Positions 53,901-62,341 of a DNA stretch of 64,000 bases are shown here, piece after piece (position 1 is the first letter of the stretch; every line of letters begins with the position of its first letter). The translations under genes and the position numbers were made by a program. The notes beneath the pieces are model-generated. The model did no database searches. It was not told the origin of the DNA and saw nothing but the letters and a program-made list of their open reading frames with translations. This stretch comes from Vulcanimicrobiota bacterium (lineage in GTDB: Bacteria > Vulcanimicrobiota > Vulcanimicrobiia > Vulcanimicrobiales > Vulcanimicrobiaceae): assembly GCA_963777315.1 (NCBI GenBank), contig CAVZQC010000004.1:544001-608000 (forward strand), read 5' to 3'.

Positions 53901-54244
53901 AACGCATGGGCGCGCGCATTGCCGTCGACGACTTCGGGACCGGGCATTCATCGCTCAACTACCTGCGCCGTTTCGACGTGGACGACATCAAGATCGACCG
54001 TTCGTTCGTAGCGGGAATCGGCACCGAACCCAGCGATGAGACGATCGTCAAAGCGATCGTCGCGATGGGGCACAGCCTCGGACTGCGCATCGTCGCCGAA
54101 GGCGTCGAAACGCGCCGGCAATACGAGTTTTTGAAAGCGCACGGATGCGACCGGGTGCAGGGGCACTTCTACTCGCCCCCGGTCGGCGCCGACATGCTCG
54201 AGCGTTTGATCGCCGAGCGAGGGACTTTGACCGCACCCGAGTAA
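50960..54244 (+). CDS. 4xPAS-GAF-like-GGDEF-EAL c-di-GMP enzyme
   Basis: Four PAS repeats (..LF...P..I..D..G.I.D.N), MGGDEF, VEALVRW, DDFGTG, AEGVET. Confidence 0.92.
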   Translation: MSTWLTDRRAFESLFSAAPNGIVAIDPQGRIVDCNPACTLLGGHSRADLLGRDVREFGGPQWAASVQEVLTAADVGKTLRRDFEMIRRDGTLMNGRITGIPVIDGDTSVHLFLLVEDVTSRMQAERSLEIVQRELRAILDNMPAAIVLFDVGQTIIDVNPAALDISGYTREEALGLRLREFVVPDSHAEVGRAFQAALAGSVGRARVRARDVRGSDLFFDVTHVPMYGGDEVVGVFALLDNITQQTRARDEIAHLRRNFQLLFEHNPAVVIAVDTQTRITDVNTAGIRTTGYAREEIVGKEAASFVPPSRREELDRYLQQALRGESVAFDIDAYAVDGHLIEYRATALPIVSHNRVVGVYGLLENVTERLHAERTVAAQREELLDLEHDFRSLFERNPDGMCLLSKDGTILDINEMAARMSGRAREEILGQNFNAFVQAGDRERGWGFFCRALDGQPVRYEISSSRADGGELILDATLFPKYVQGIVIGVYCVFQDITGRRVAHRKLEMQAQRIRDLYLLATAPEFGDAHILSALQTGCRLLGTESGAIVDVTQEPRLDMRYDSLELFAGHDARVLALAAAVLEKRDSVVSFVGRPEPEGYGTYIATRLTIGSALHGVLVFFSHTRRDHDFEETDHDTLALMAALLGAALERRSTRSRLHTMAYYDALTGLPNRLFFQERLKEAVSRDAAPAEPLAVLFFDLDRFKDINDSLGHAMGDRFLQMVAGRLVRAVGEDGLVARMGGDEFVVLLRGCRDADQVRTFADTLLHGVDQPYRLEGYEQFMTTSIGVSMYPQDGRDEQSLIKNADIAMYQAKDRGGNSYFLYNDSLERPLRTRLEQEKHIRRAIEREEFIVHFQPIVDVATERIVSVEALVRWQDPQRGLIFPDDFIPSAEASGLVVQLGELVIAAAAAQVRDWQRRIGPLSLAVNISARQFHQPDLCRRLLDTLQRVDLDPHTVECEITESMALSDVSHAIETVRQLKRMGARIAVDDFGTGHSSLNYLRRFDVDDIKIDRSFVAGIGTEPSDETIVKAIVAMGHSLGLRIVAEGVETRRQYEFLKAHGCDRVQGHFYSPPVGADMLERLIAERGTLTAPE

Positions 54245-54253
54245 GTGCCAAAA

Positions 54254-55525
54254 ATGGAAACCGTCGCTTCGCCGGTGGGCGCTTTCTCTCGCGAAGCACT
54301 GGCCGATTGGTACCGCCGCAACCGCGAACGTTCGGCAAATCTGTTCGGGCTCGTCGACCCAGCCGCGTACTACTCGCGCCCCATTCCGCTGCGCCATCCG
54401 TTCGCCTTTTACGAAGGACACATCCCGGCATTCAGCTTCCTGGTCGTCAACGAGCGAGCTTTGGGCGAACGGCCGCTGGATGAACGCCTGGAACGGATCT
54501 TCGAACGCGGCATCGATCCGGGAGACGTTCGCGACGCAGCGCGGCACACGCGATCGGACTGGCCGTCCAAAGAAACGATCGAAGCGTTCGGCCTCGCATG
54601 CGACGATCGATTGTACGACGCAATCGCACACGCGCGGCTGGTGGATCCTTCAATTCCGCGCCTGGTTCGGGGGCAAGCGATCTTCACTGCGCTCGAGCAC
54701 GAGCAGATGCATCATGAAACGCTCACGTACATCATCCACCGCTTGCCGCCCGAGCTCAAAGGGCGGATAGAGCAGCTGCATCACGACACGCCGGCTCCAC
54801 GCAACGAGTTCGTCGCCATACCGGCGGGCACGGCAACATTGGGTGCGCGCTCCGATGCGATCCCGTTCGGATGGGACAACGAGTTTTGCGAGCACCGCGT
54901 CGGCGTGAACGCATTTTCGGTGCAGCGGTATCCGGTGACCAACGGCGATTATCTGCAGTTCGTTCGCGATGGCGGGCCGGTTGCGCCGTTTTGGCTGGCC
55001 CGCGACGGTGAATTTCTGCTGCGCGGCGTATTCGAGGAACTCCCGATGCCGCTGTCGTGGCCCGTCTATGCCGGCTACGAACAGGCCGCCGCATACGCGG
55101 CGTGGGCCGGCTGCCGCTTGATGACCGAACCCGAGTACCACCGCGCGGCGTTCGGCACGCCGGCCGGCGACGAGCGTTCGTACCCCTGGGGCGAAGAGCC
55201 GCCGCACGCGTTGCATGGAAATTTTGATTTTCAGCGCTTCGATCCGCAGCCGGTCGACGCGTATCCGGCCGGCGCCAGCGCGTGGGGCGTGTACGATCTC
55301 GTCGGCAACGGCTGGGAGTGGACGTCCAGTACGTTCGCTCCATTCGAAGGCTTTGCGCCGATGGCGAGCTATCCCCAGTACAGCGCGGACTTTTTCGACG
55401 GACGGCACTTCGTGCTCAAGGGCGCTTCGCCCGTAACGGCCCGCGAATCGATCCGCCGCTCGTTGCGCAACTGGTTCTACGCCGACTATCCGTACATGTA
55501 CGCAAAGTTCCGGCTGTGCCGGTAA
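54254..55525 (+). CDS. SUMF1/EgtB/OvoA-family non-heme iron sulfoxide synthase-like protein
   Basis: DinB-like domain with LRHPFAFYEGH and HEQMHHE iron ligands; FGE-sulfatase domain FGWDNE, GNGWEWT, YPQYSADFFDG.H. Confidence 0.85.
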   Translation: METVASPVGAFSREALADWYRRNRERSANLFGLVDPAAYYSRPIPLRHPFAFYEGHIPAFSFLVVNERALGERPLDERLERIFERGIDPGDVRDAARHTRSDWPSKETIEAFGLACDDRLYDAIAHARLVDPSIPRLVRGQAIFTALEHEQMHHETLTYIIHRLPPELKGRIEQLHHDTPAPRNEFVAIPAGTATLGARSDAIPFGWDNEFCEHRVGVNAFSVQRYPVTNGDYLQFVRDGGPVAPFWLARDGEFLLRGVFEELPMPLSWPVYAGYEQAAAYAAWAGCRLMTEPEYHRAAFGTPAGDERSYPWGEEPPHALHGNFDFQRFDPQPVDAYPAGASAWGVYDLVGNGWEWTSSTFAPFEGFAPMASYPQYSADFFDGRHFVLKGASPVTARESIRRSLRNWFYADYPYMYAKFRLCR

Positions 55526-57147
55526 AAGTCGGCTGCGTCCTGCTTGCGGCGCTTCTGCTTGCTTCGGGCTGCACCAAACAAACGACGAGTGGTGCGAGCG
55601 TGGCCCCGGCGGGCACGGGCGTGCTGCGCGTGGCCATTTACGCCGAACCGACTTCGCTCAATCCAATGTTGTCGACGGACACCGCCGAGAATTTCCTCAA
55701 CAGCCTTTCATTCGACGAACTGGTCACTATCGACGATCGCGGCAACGACGTTGCGGACCTGGCATCGGTGGTTCCGACGCTGCAAAACCGCGGGATCAGC
55801 CCGGACGGGATGACGATCCTCTATCATCTGCGGCATAACGTCAAATGGCAGGACGGCGCGCCGTTCACGAGCGCCGACGTGAAGTTCTCCTGGCAAGCCG
55901 TCATGAATCCGAACAACAACGTCGTCGAGCGGCGCGGCTACGACCAGGTCGCGTCGGTCGATACGCCGGACGCGTACACCGTCGTTTTTCACTTGAAACG
56001 GCCGTTTGCGCCGTTCATCGACACGGTCTTCGGCGAATCCGACGATCCGTTTCGCATCGTGCCCAAGCACATTCTGGGCAAGTATGCGGACATCAACCGC
56101 GTGCCGTTCAATCAGCAGCCCATCGGCACGGGGCCGTTCAAAGTCACGCGCTGGATCCACGGAGACCGGATCGAGTTTACCGCCAATCCGTTCTACTTCC
56201 GCGGCGTGCCCAAGCTCAAAGGCATCACCGTCTTCGACGTTCCGGACAGCAATACGCAGGAAGCGCAGTTGCGTTCGCACGACGTCGATTTGGCGATCGA
56301 CATCTCCACGGCCAATATCAATAATCTCCGCGTGCATCCGACGGCGGGCGTGACGACGTTGCTCGCAAAAAGTCCGGCATATAACTCGATCGACTTCAAT
56401 CTCAAGCATTCGCCGCTGGACGACGTGCGCGTGCGGCGCGCGCTGACGTATGCGATCGACGAAAAGCGCATCATCGATACTCTGACGTACGGCACCGGCG
56501 TGCCGGCCGTCGCCGATCTGGCGGATTTTTACTGGGCTTTCGATCCCTCGATCAAAGTGCACCCGTACGACCCGCAGCAAGCCGGCGCGCTGCTCGACGC
56601 CGCCGGCTGGACGCAAGGCGCAGGCGGAATGCGCAGCAAAAACGGCCGCCCGCTGTCGCTGCAGCTCGTGTACGGCGCCGGGAGTCCGACGGCGCGGCAG
56701 ATCGGCGTGCAGGTGCAGTCCGATCTGCACACGATCGGCGTCGACGTGCAGGTCAAGACGTACACGTACACGGTTCTCTACGCCACCAAGGCAATGGGCG
56801 GTATTCTCAACAACGGCAAGTTCGACTTAGCGGAGTACGCCTGGGTTGCCGGCGCGGATCCAGACGATTCGTCCGGCTGGATGTGCAATCAGACCCCGCC
56901 CGCCGGCAACAACATCACGCTGTATTGCGACCCTGTGCTGGATGCGGCCGAGCGCGATGCGCTCGCGCATTTCGATCGGAGCCGGCGCAAAAAAGACTAC
57001 GCGATTACGCAGCGGCTGCTGGTGCAAGACGCGCCGGCAGCGTTTCAATACTATCAGCGCAGACGCTACGCGCTGAGCACGAATTTGCAAAACTTCCGCC
57101 CGAACGGCATCAGCGAAGGCTGGAACGCGTTCGACTGGAACATCTGA
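55516..57147 (+). CDS. Peptide/nickel ABC transporter substrate-binding lipoprotein (family 5)
   Basis: Lipobox ASGC, KWQDGAPFTSADVKFS, PIGTGPF, DVRVRRAL..AID. Confidence 0.92.
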   Translation: MPVKVGCVLLAALLLASGCTKQTTSGASVAPAGTGVLRVAIYAEPTSLNPMLSTDTAENFLNSLSFDELVTIDDRGNDVADLASVVPTLQNRGISPDGMTILYHLRHNVKWQDGAPFTSADVKFSWQAVMNPNNNVVERRGYDQVASVDTPDAYTVVFHLKRPFAPFIDTVFGESDDPFRIVPKHILGKYADINRVPFNQQPIGTGPFKVTRWIHGDRIEFTANPFYFRGVPKLKGITVFDVPDSNTQEAQLRSHDVDLAIDISTANINNLRVHPTAGVTTLLAKSPAYNSIDFNLKHSPLDDVRVRRALTYAIDEKRIIDTLTYGTGVPAVADLADFYWAFDPSIKVHPYDPQQAGALLDAAGWTQGAGGMRSKNGRPLSLQLVYGAGSPTARQIGVQVQSDLHTIGVDVQVKTYTYTVLYATKAMGGILNNGKFDLAEYAWVAGADPDDSSGWMCNQTPPAGNNITLYCDPVLDAAERDALAHFDRSRRKKDYAITQRLLVQDAPAAFQYYQRRRYALSTNLQNFRPNGISEGWNAFDWNI

Positions 57148-57176
57148 TCGAAACGTCTGCCAAAGGAGCCTCTTTC

Positions 57177-58634
57177 GTGACCACGACTGCGAGCGCGACG
57201 AAAACCCCAATCACCGTGGCGTACGGGGACGGCATCGGTCCCGAAATCATGGACGCGACGTTGCGCATCATTCGAGGCGCGGGCGCGCGGCTCGATGTAG
57301 AGCGCATCGAAATCGGCGAGAGCGTCTACAATCGCGGCCTGAGCAACGGCATCGAAGACGACTCCTGGGACTCGCTGCGCCGTACGAAAGTGTTCCTCAA
57401 AGCGCCCATCACCACGCCGCAGGGCGGAGGGTTCAAATCGCTCAACGTCACGGTGCGCAAAACGCTGGGCATGTACGCCAACGTTCGCCCGTGCGCTTCG
57501 CTGCATCCGTTCGTTGCGACCAAACATCCCAACATGGATTTGGTGATCGTACGCGAGAACGAGGAAGACGTGTACGGCGGCATCGAGCACCGTCAGACCC
57601 AGCAAGTTACCCAGTGCTTGAAGCTGATCTCTCGACCGGGCAGCGAGCGGATCGTGCGCTATGCATTCGAGTATGCGCGCGCGAACAAACGCAAGAAAGT
57701 CACGTGTTTTACCAAAGACAACATCATGAAGATCACCGACGGCTTATTTCACAAAGTGTTCGACGAGATCGCGCGAGAGTATCCCGATATCGCCAACGAG
57801 CACTGGATCGTCGACATCGGCGCGGCGAAGATGGCCGATACGCCTGAAGCGTTTGACGTACTGGTCATGCCGAATCTGTACGGCGATGTGCTCTCCGACG
57901 TCGCTGCCCAGATTACCGGATCCGTCGGCCTTGCCGGATCGGCAAATATCGGCGATCGCTGCTCCATGTTCGAAGCGATCCATGGATCTGCGCCGCGGCG
58001 CGCGGGACAGAACCTCGCCAACCCGTCGGGATTACTGCACGGCGGACTGCTGATGCTCGCGCACATCGGCCAGGGTGAGGTCGCGCAAACCGTACACAAC
58101 GCCTGGCTGAGCACCATAGAAGACGGCATCCACACGTACGACATCTACGAACAAGGCGTGAGCCGGCAAAAGGTCGGCACCAAAGAGTTCGCCGACGCGG
58201 TCATCGAGCGCTTGGGGCGCAAACCGCAACAGCTCAAAGCCGTCGAGTACGCTAAAGACGCGCAGATGGATATCGCGGTGCGCGCCGCCGGTGCCGCGGC
58301 CAAAAAAGCGCGCGTCGGCGTCGACGTTTTCATCGACGCGCCCGAGGGTAATCCCGATGCGATTGCCGCAAAACTGCGAGCCGCCGGCATCGACGGCGCG
58401 GAGCTGACCGTCATCAGCAACCGCGGCACCAAGGTCTGGCCGGGTGGAAATCCGGACACGTTTTGGAGCGATCACTGGTGCTGCCGGTTCGAGGGCAACG
58501 GCGCCGGCTTCGATTCCAGGCGCGTCGTGCGCGTCATTGAAGCGGTCGCAAACGCCGGCTTCGACGTCGTCAAAACCGAGGGCTTGTACACGTTCGACGG
58601 TGCGCGGGGGTATTCGTTAGCCCAGGGGCAATAG
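57177..58634 (+). CDS. icd: Isocitrate dehydrogenase (NADP type with C-terminal extension)
   Basis: GDGIGPEI, KAPITTPQGGGFKSLNV, RENEED.Y, KDNIMK, NLYGD, FEAIHGSAP; AAGGAG SD. Confidence 0.93.
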   Translation: MTTTASATKTPITVAYGDGIGPEIMDATLRIIRGAGARLDVERIEIGESVYNRGLSNGIEDDSWDSLRRTKVFLKAPITTPQGGGFKSLNVTVRKTLGMYANVRPCASLHPFVATKHPNMDLVIVRENEEDVYGGIEHRQTQQVTQCLKLISRPGSERIVRYAFEYARANKRKKVTCFTKDNIMKITDGLFHKVFDEIAREYPDIANEHWIVDIGAAKMADTPEAFDVLVMPNLYGDVLSDVAAQITGSVGLAGSANIGDRCSMFEAIHGSAPRRAGQNLANPSGLLHGGLLMLAHIGQGEVAQTVHNAWLSTIEDGIHTYDIYEQGVSRQKVGTKEFADAVIERLGRKPQQLKAVEYAKDAQMDIAVRAAGAAAKKARVGVDVFIDAPEGNPDAIAAKLRAAGIDGAELTVISNRGTKVWPGGNPDTFWSDHWCCRFEGNGAGFDSRRVVRVIEAVANAGFDVVKTEGLYTFDGARGYSLAQGQ

Positions 58635-58651
58635 CGGAAACAACTTCAGGG

Positions 58652-61138
58652 ATGAACGCTTCCGACACCGTTTCCTACCGCCCGAATATTACCACGACTC
58701 TGGATGGAAGCACGAAGCTGCGCTGGCCGCACAACTTCGGCGCCTACCGCTTAGCCGACCACGACCTGGCGTGCGGCAGCACGTTGGGAAGCCCGAAGCT
58801 GCAGCTGCAAATCAAGGCCACCGGCGCGCTGGACCACGTTTACAGCGTCGATGCCGGGAAATCGCTCTTCGGTGCTTTCGTGCTCAAGCATTGGGATGAA
58901 ACCACGGGAATGAAGCTCGAGACGAATTCCGGGCACTTTTTTCTCTATCCCGAACATCAAGAACACCGGTACATGCTCAGCAACGGCGTGTACGTGTTCG
59001 AGGACATCTTCGTCTACAGCCCCGATCCCGGAGAAAACGGCGAGGTCGCGCCTCCTCTGGCGTACTACGTGGTCAAGTTCACCAATGACTCGGAGGAAGA
59101 GCAGCGCATTGGTTCGTACGCTTTTGCGCGGTTGAGCACGAAAGTCGAAGAGGACGTCGCGGTCACTTACGACGATACGCTCCACGCGTTCGTCGCGTTC
59201 GACAAGAAAGACGGAGCGTCGGCGCGCGCGTTCGGCGCATCGCGCAAGCCGATCAGCTGCGAGGTTTCGCTGGATCACGCCAAGGCCGTCACCAGCACGT
59301 GGCCGGGAAAGCTTTCGGGTGAAACGGCCGCGCCGGCGGGCATGCCGTGCGCGATCATGCAGTTCTCAACCGTCCTGGGCAAACGCGAATCCGCCGGCAT
59401 CGTCTTCACGTTTGCCGTTTGCGCCGGCGATCCGCGCGAAGTTCGCCGCATCTATCGTGAAGCTCCCAAGGCAAAAAAAGCGCTGGAAGAAACCCAAGCG
59501 CACTACCATGGATCGCTCGAAAGTTCGGTAGCGATTACGCCCAACCCCGAGATCAATCGCGGCGTGATGTGGGCCAAAGCCAATATGGAGCGGGTGCTGC
59601 TCAAACCGCCCAGCGGGTGGTCGATCACCAACGACCCGATGGATTCCACCAAAGCGGTCGGCCGCGACGTGGCTTGGTTCTGCGCGGGCACGGATTATTT
59701 TCGGCCGGAGTTTTCCCGCGAATGTCTGCTGCAGTTCGTGCGCCGCCAGCAGCCCGAGGGTAAAATCGTCGAGTACTACGACATGCTCTCGGACAAGACC
59801 GACGATTACGGTTTGAACATCAACGACAACACGCCGCTGCTCGTGTGGAGTCTGTGGCACCACTATCAAATCACGGGCGACCGCGACTTTCTGCACGAGG
59901 TGTACGAGGCCGCAGTCAAGGCCGGCCGCTACATCGCCGCGCAGCGCAACGAGGACGGCTTAGTGTGGTGCTCGTCGGACAAAACCGGCGCGCACGGCAT
60001 AGTCGGCTGGCGCAACGTCATCGAAGGCTACCGCCTCAGCGGGGCGACCACGGAGATCAACAGTGAGTGCTATGCGGCATTTCGCTGCATCGCGCACATG
60101 GCCAAGGAAAACGGCGACCCGGATACCCAAGCCGAATTCGACCGGCTTGCGGGCGAACTCAAGGACGCCGTCAACAGCAAGCTGTACAATCCGGGCAACG
60201 GCTTGTACTACCTCAACATCGACGTCGACGGGCGCCCGCGCAGCGACATCACGGCCGACCTGGTCTTTCCGGTCATGTTCGGTGTGGCCGAGCGGGACGC
60301 GGCCGCCCACGTGGTGCGGCGCCTGAGCGATCGCGATTTTTGGACGCCGGGCGGAATGCGGACCATTCCGCACGACGCGATCAACTACACGCCCGATGAA
60401 GCCAGCGGGTGTTTGGGCGGGGTGTGGAACGGCGTGACGTTTTGGTTCGCAAAAGCGGCTGCGTCGTACATTCCGGGGCTTTCCGACGAAGCGCTCACGA
60501 ACGGATTTGAAAACTACGCGCGCGATCCCCAGCGCAACAACACCGTACCGGGACAGTTTTCCGAATGGCTGCATGGTGAGACGCTCGTGAACGAGGGCAT
60601 GTCGCTTTCGCCGTGGTTTCCTCCGCGATACGTGTGGGCGGTGATCGAAGGAATGCTCGGACTTGACATATCGGACGACCGCGCCAAACTTTCGCCGCAC
60701 ATGCCGGCAGACTGGAGCTGGTGCGGCCTGCGGAATTTTCTGTATCGCGGCAGGCGCATCACCTGGTTCGTTGCGCGTTTCCCCGAGCTGCTCGCGTGGT
60801 CGAACGAGCGCTTCGATTCGCAGCTGAACGTCGAAGTGTTACAAGACGATCTGACGCTGCGGTTCGAAAGCAGCGGCGATGAAGTGCTGCCGATTGCCGT
60901 GGGGAACGAAGACAAGATCGTCGGCCTGCTGGGAAGCACGAGCGATCGCGCCGTGACGACCGCGTTCAGGCTGCGCGAACCGCAAGAGGGAACGTACGAG
61001 ATTCGCCGCTACGACAGCCTCCAGCGGTGCTGGGGCGAAGGCTCACGCGTCCCGGCCGCGGAGCTCGAACGCGGCATGACCGCCGCGGTCGAGCCTCACG
61101 GTTTTCATCTGATCGAGATGCGGCACGTCGCCGGCTAG
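58652..61138 (+). CDS. (alpha/alpha)6-barrel glycoside hydrolase, amylo-alpha-1,6-glucosidase-like
   Basis: GRDVAW, NDNTPL, GG.W, QFSEWLHG, EGMLGL..P.MP..W; exact GH family uncertain. Confidence 0.7.
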   Translation: MNASDTVSYRPNITTTLDGSTKLRWPHNFGAYRLADHDLACGSTLGSPKLQLQIKATGALDHVYSVDAGKSLFGAFVLKHWDETTGMKLETNSGHFFLYPEHQEHRYMLSNGVYVFEDIFVYSPDPGENGEVAPPLAYYVVKFTNDSEEEQRIGSYAFARLSTKVEEDVAVTYDDTLHAFVAFDKKDGASARAFGASRKPISCEVSLDHAKAVTSTWPGKLSGETAAPAGMPCAIMQFSTVLGKRESAGIVFTFAVCAGDPREVRRIYREAPKAKKALEETQAHYHGSLESSVAITPNPEINRGVMWAKANMERVLLKPPSGWSITNDPMDSTKAVGRDVAWFCAGTDYFRPEFSRECLLQFVRRQQPEGKIVEYYDMLSDKTDDYGLNINDNTPLLVWSLWHHYQITGDRDFLHEVYEAAVKAGRYIAAQRNEDGLVWCSSDKTGAHGIVGWRNVIEGYRLSGATTEINSECYAAFRCIAHMAKENGDPDTQAEFDRLAGELKDAVNSKLYNPGNGLYYLNIDVDGRPRSDITADLVFPVMFGVAERDAAAHVVRRLSDRDFWTPGGMRTIPHDAINYTPDEASGCLGGVWNGVTFWFAKAAASYIPGLSDEALTNGFENYARDPQRNNTVPGQFSEWLHGETLVNEGMSLSPWFPPRYVWAVIEGMLGLDISDDRAKLSPHMPADWSWCGLRNFLYRGRRITWFVARFPELLAWSNERFDSQLNVEVLQDDLTLRFESSGDEVLPIAVGNEDKIVGLLGSTSDRAVTTAFRLREPQEGTYEIRRYDSLQRCWGEGSRVPAAELERGMTAAVEPHGFHLIEMRHVAG

Positions 61139-61683
61139 CGTTCGGACGTTTGTTCCAGTAAATCGACCATGTCGTTGGCGTGCTCTTCTTCGACCGCCAA
61201 GATTTGCTCGAGCATGCGGCGCGTCGTTGGATCGTTGTCGCCGAAAAAGCGAATCATTTCTCGATACGATTCGATGGCGACGCGTTCGGCGACCAAATTT
61301 TCCTTGATCATGTCGACCAAATCGTTGCCTTCCTTGTACTCCGAATGGCTGCGCGAAGCCATACCTTCGGGATTGAAGTTCGGCTCGCCGTTCAATTGCG
61401 TGATGCGGTCGGCGATCATGTCGGCGTGCTGCTGCTCTTCGTTGGCGTGGGTCAAAAATTCGTCGGCGACCGCGTCTTTGTTGATGCCGCGGGCCATGTA
61501 ATAGTGTCGCTTGTAGCGTAACACGCATACTAGCTCGGTAGCCAGCGCCTGGTTGAGCACGTCTACGGCTTGGCTCAGGTCGCCGCGATAGTCGCTGGTG
61601 ATGGGTCCGCGCATCATATTCTCGCGGGCACGGCGGCGAAGCTCTTGAACGTCGGAAAGAAACGGAGTCGCACTGGTTGTCAT
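61135..61683 (-). CDS. Ferritin-like (bacterioferritin/Dps-like) di-iron protein
   Basis: ATE..LRY..H, EEQQHAD, LVAER, EEEHA carboxylate/His pattern; Gln where heme bacterioferritins have Met. Confidence 0.88.
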   Translation of the reverse strand: MTTSATPFLSDVQELRRRARENMMRGPITSDYRGDLSQAVDVLNQALATELVCVLRYKRHYYMARGINKDAVADEFLTHANEEQQHADMIADRITQLNGEPNFNPEGMASRSHSEYKEGNDLVDMIKENLVAERVAIESYREMIRFFGDNDPTTRRMLEQILAVEEEHANDMVDLLEQTSER

Positions 61684-61707
61684 GATCCACCTATACCCGC
61701 GCGCCGC

Positions 61708-62337
61708 TCATAAGGCCTGCCTGCTCGGATCTGCGGTAAGCCCGGCCAGGTGGTCCGCAGCGCATTCCGAGCGCAGTGCCCAATACCCGTCCGCCGTTTC
61801 AAACTGCGCGTAACATGCGTTGAGGGCCCGTACGTTCCGCAACTCTTCCAACGCCTGTCCGGTTCGTTCCAAAATCGCGAGTCGCAGGACTACGTCGTGC
61901 GTCATCACGAGCGTATCCGCGTCGGGACGAAAAGTCGCCGCAAACGCTTTCCATCGCGCGGCCACGTCCTCCAATCTCTCTCCACCGGCGAACCGCACGC
62001 ATTCGGGCCGCTCGCGCCACTGCCGGTACAGTAGCGGTTCGCTGCGCGCGATCTCGTCGCGGTAGCGGCCCTCCCACGTGCCGTGAGCGATCTCGATCAG
62101 CAAAGGATCCGTTTCTATGTCGATTCCGATTGCCGTTGCCAGCGGCTGGGCGGTTTGTCTGCAGCGTTCGAGCGGACTGGAAACGATTCGCCGAATGCCT
62201 TTGCCGCGAAGATCGTCGGCCAGCGCCTGCGCCTGCGCCCGGCCGAGTTCCGAAAGCGGCGTCTCCAAACGGCCTTGATAGCGTCCGGCCGCGTTCCATG
62301 TGCTTTCGGCGTGGCGCGCGATCCGAATGACGGCCAT
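61708..62337 (-). CDS. Histidine phosphatase, PspA-like (probable phosphoserine phosphatase)
   Basis: RHAESTWN..GRYQG, SSPLERC, EIAHGTWEG, TH; 4 nt downstream of serA. Confidence 0.8.
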   Translation of the reverse strand: MAVIRIARHAESTWNAAGRYQGRLETPLSELGRAQAQALADDLRGKGIRRIVSSPLERCRQTAQPLATAIGIDIETDPLLIEIAHGTWEGRYRDEIARSEPLLYRQWRERPECVRFAGGERLEDVAARWKAFAATFRPDADTLVMTHDVVLRLAILERTGQALEELRNVRALNACYAQFETADGYWALRSECAADHLAGLTADPSRQAL

Positions 62338-62341
62338 TGCA

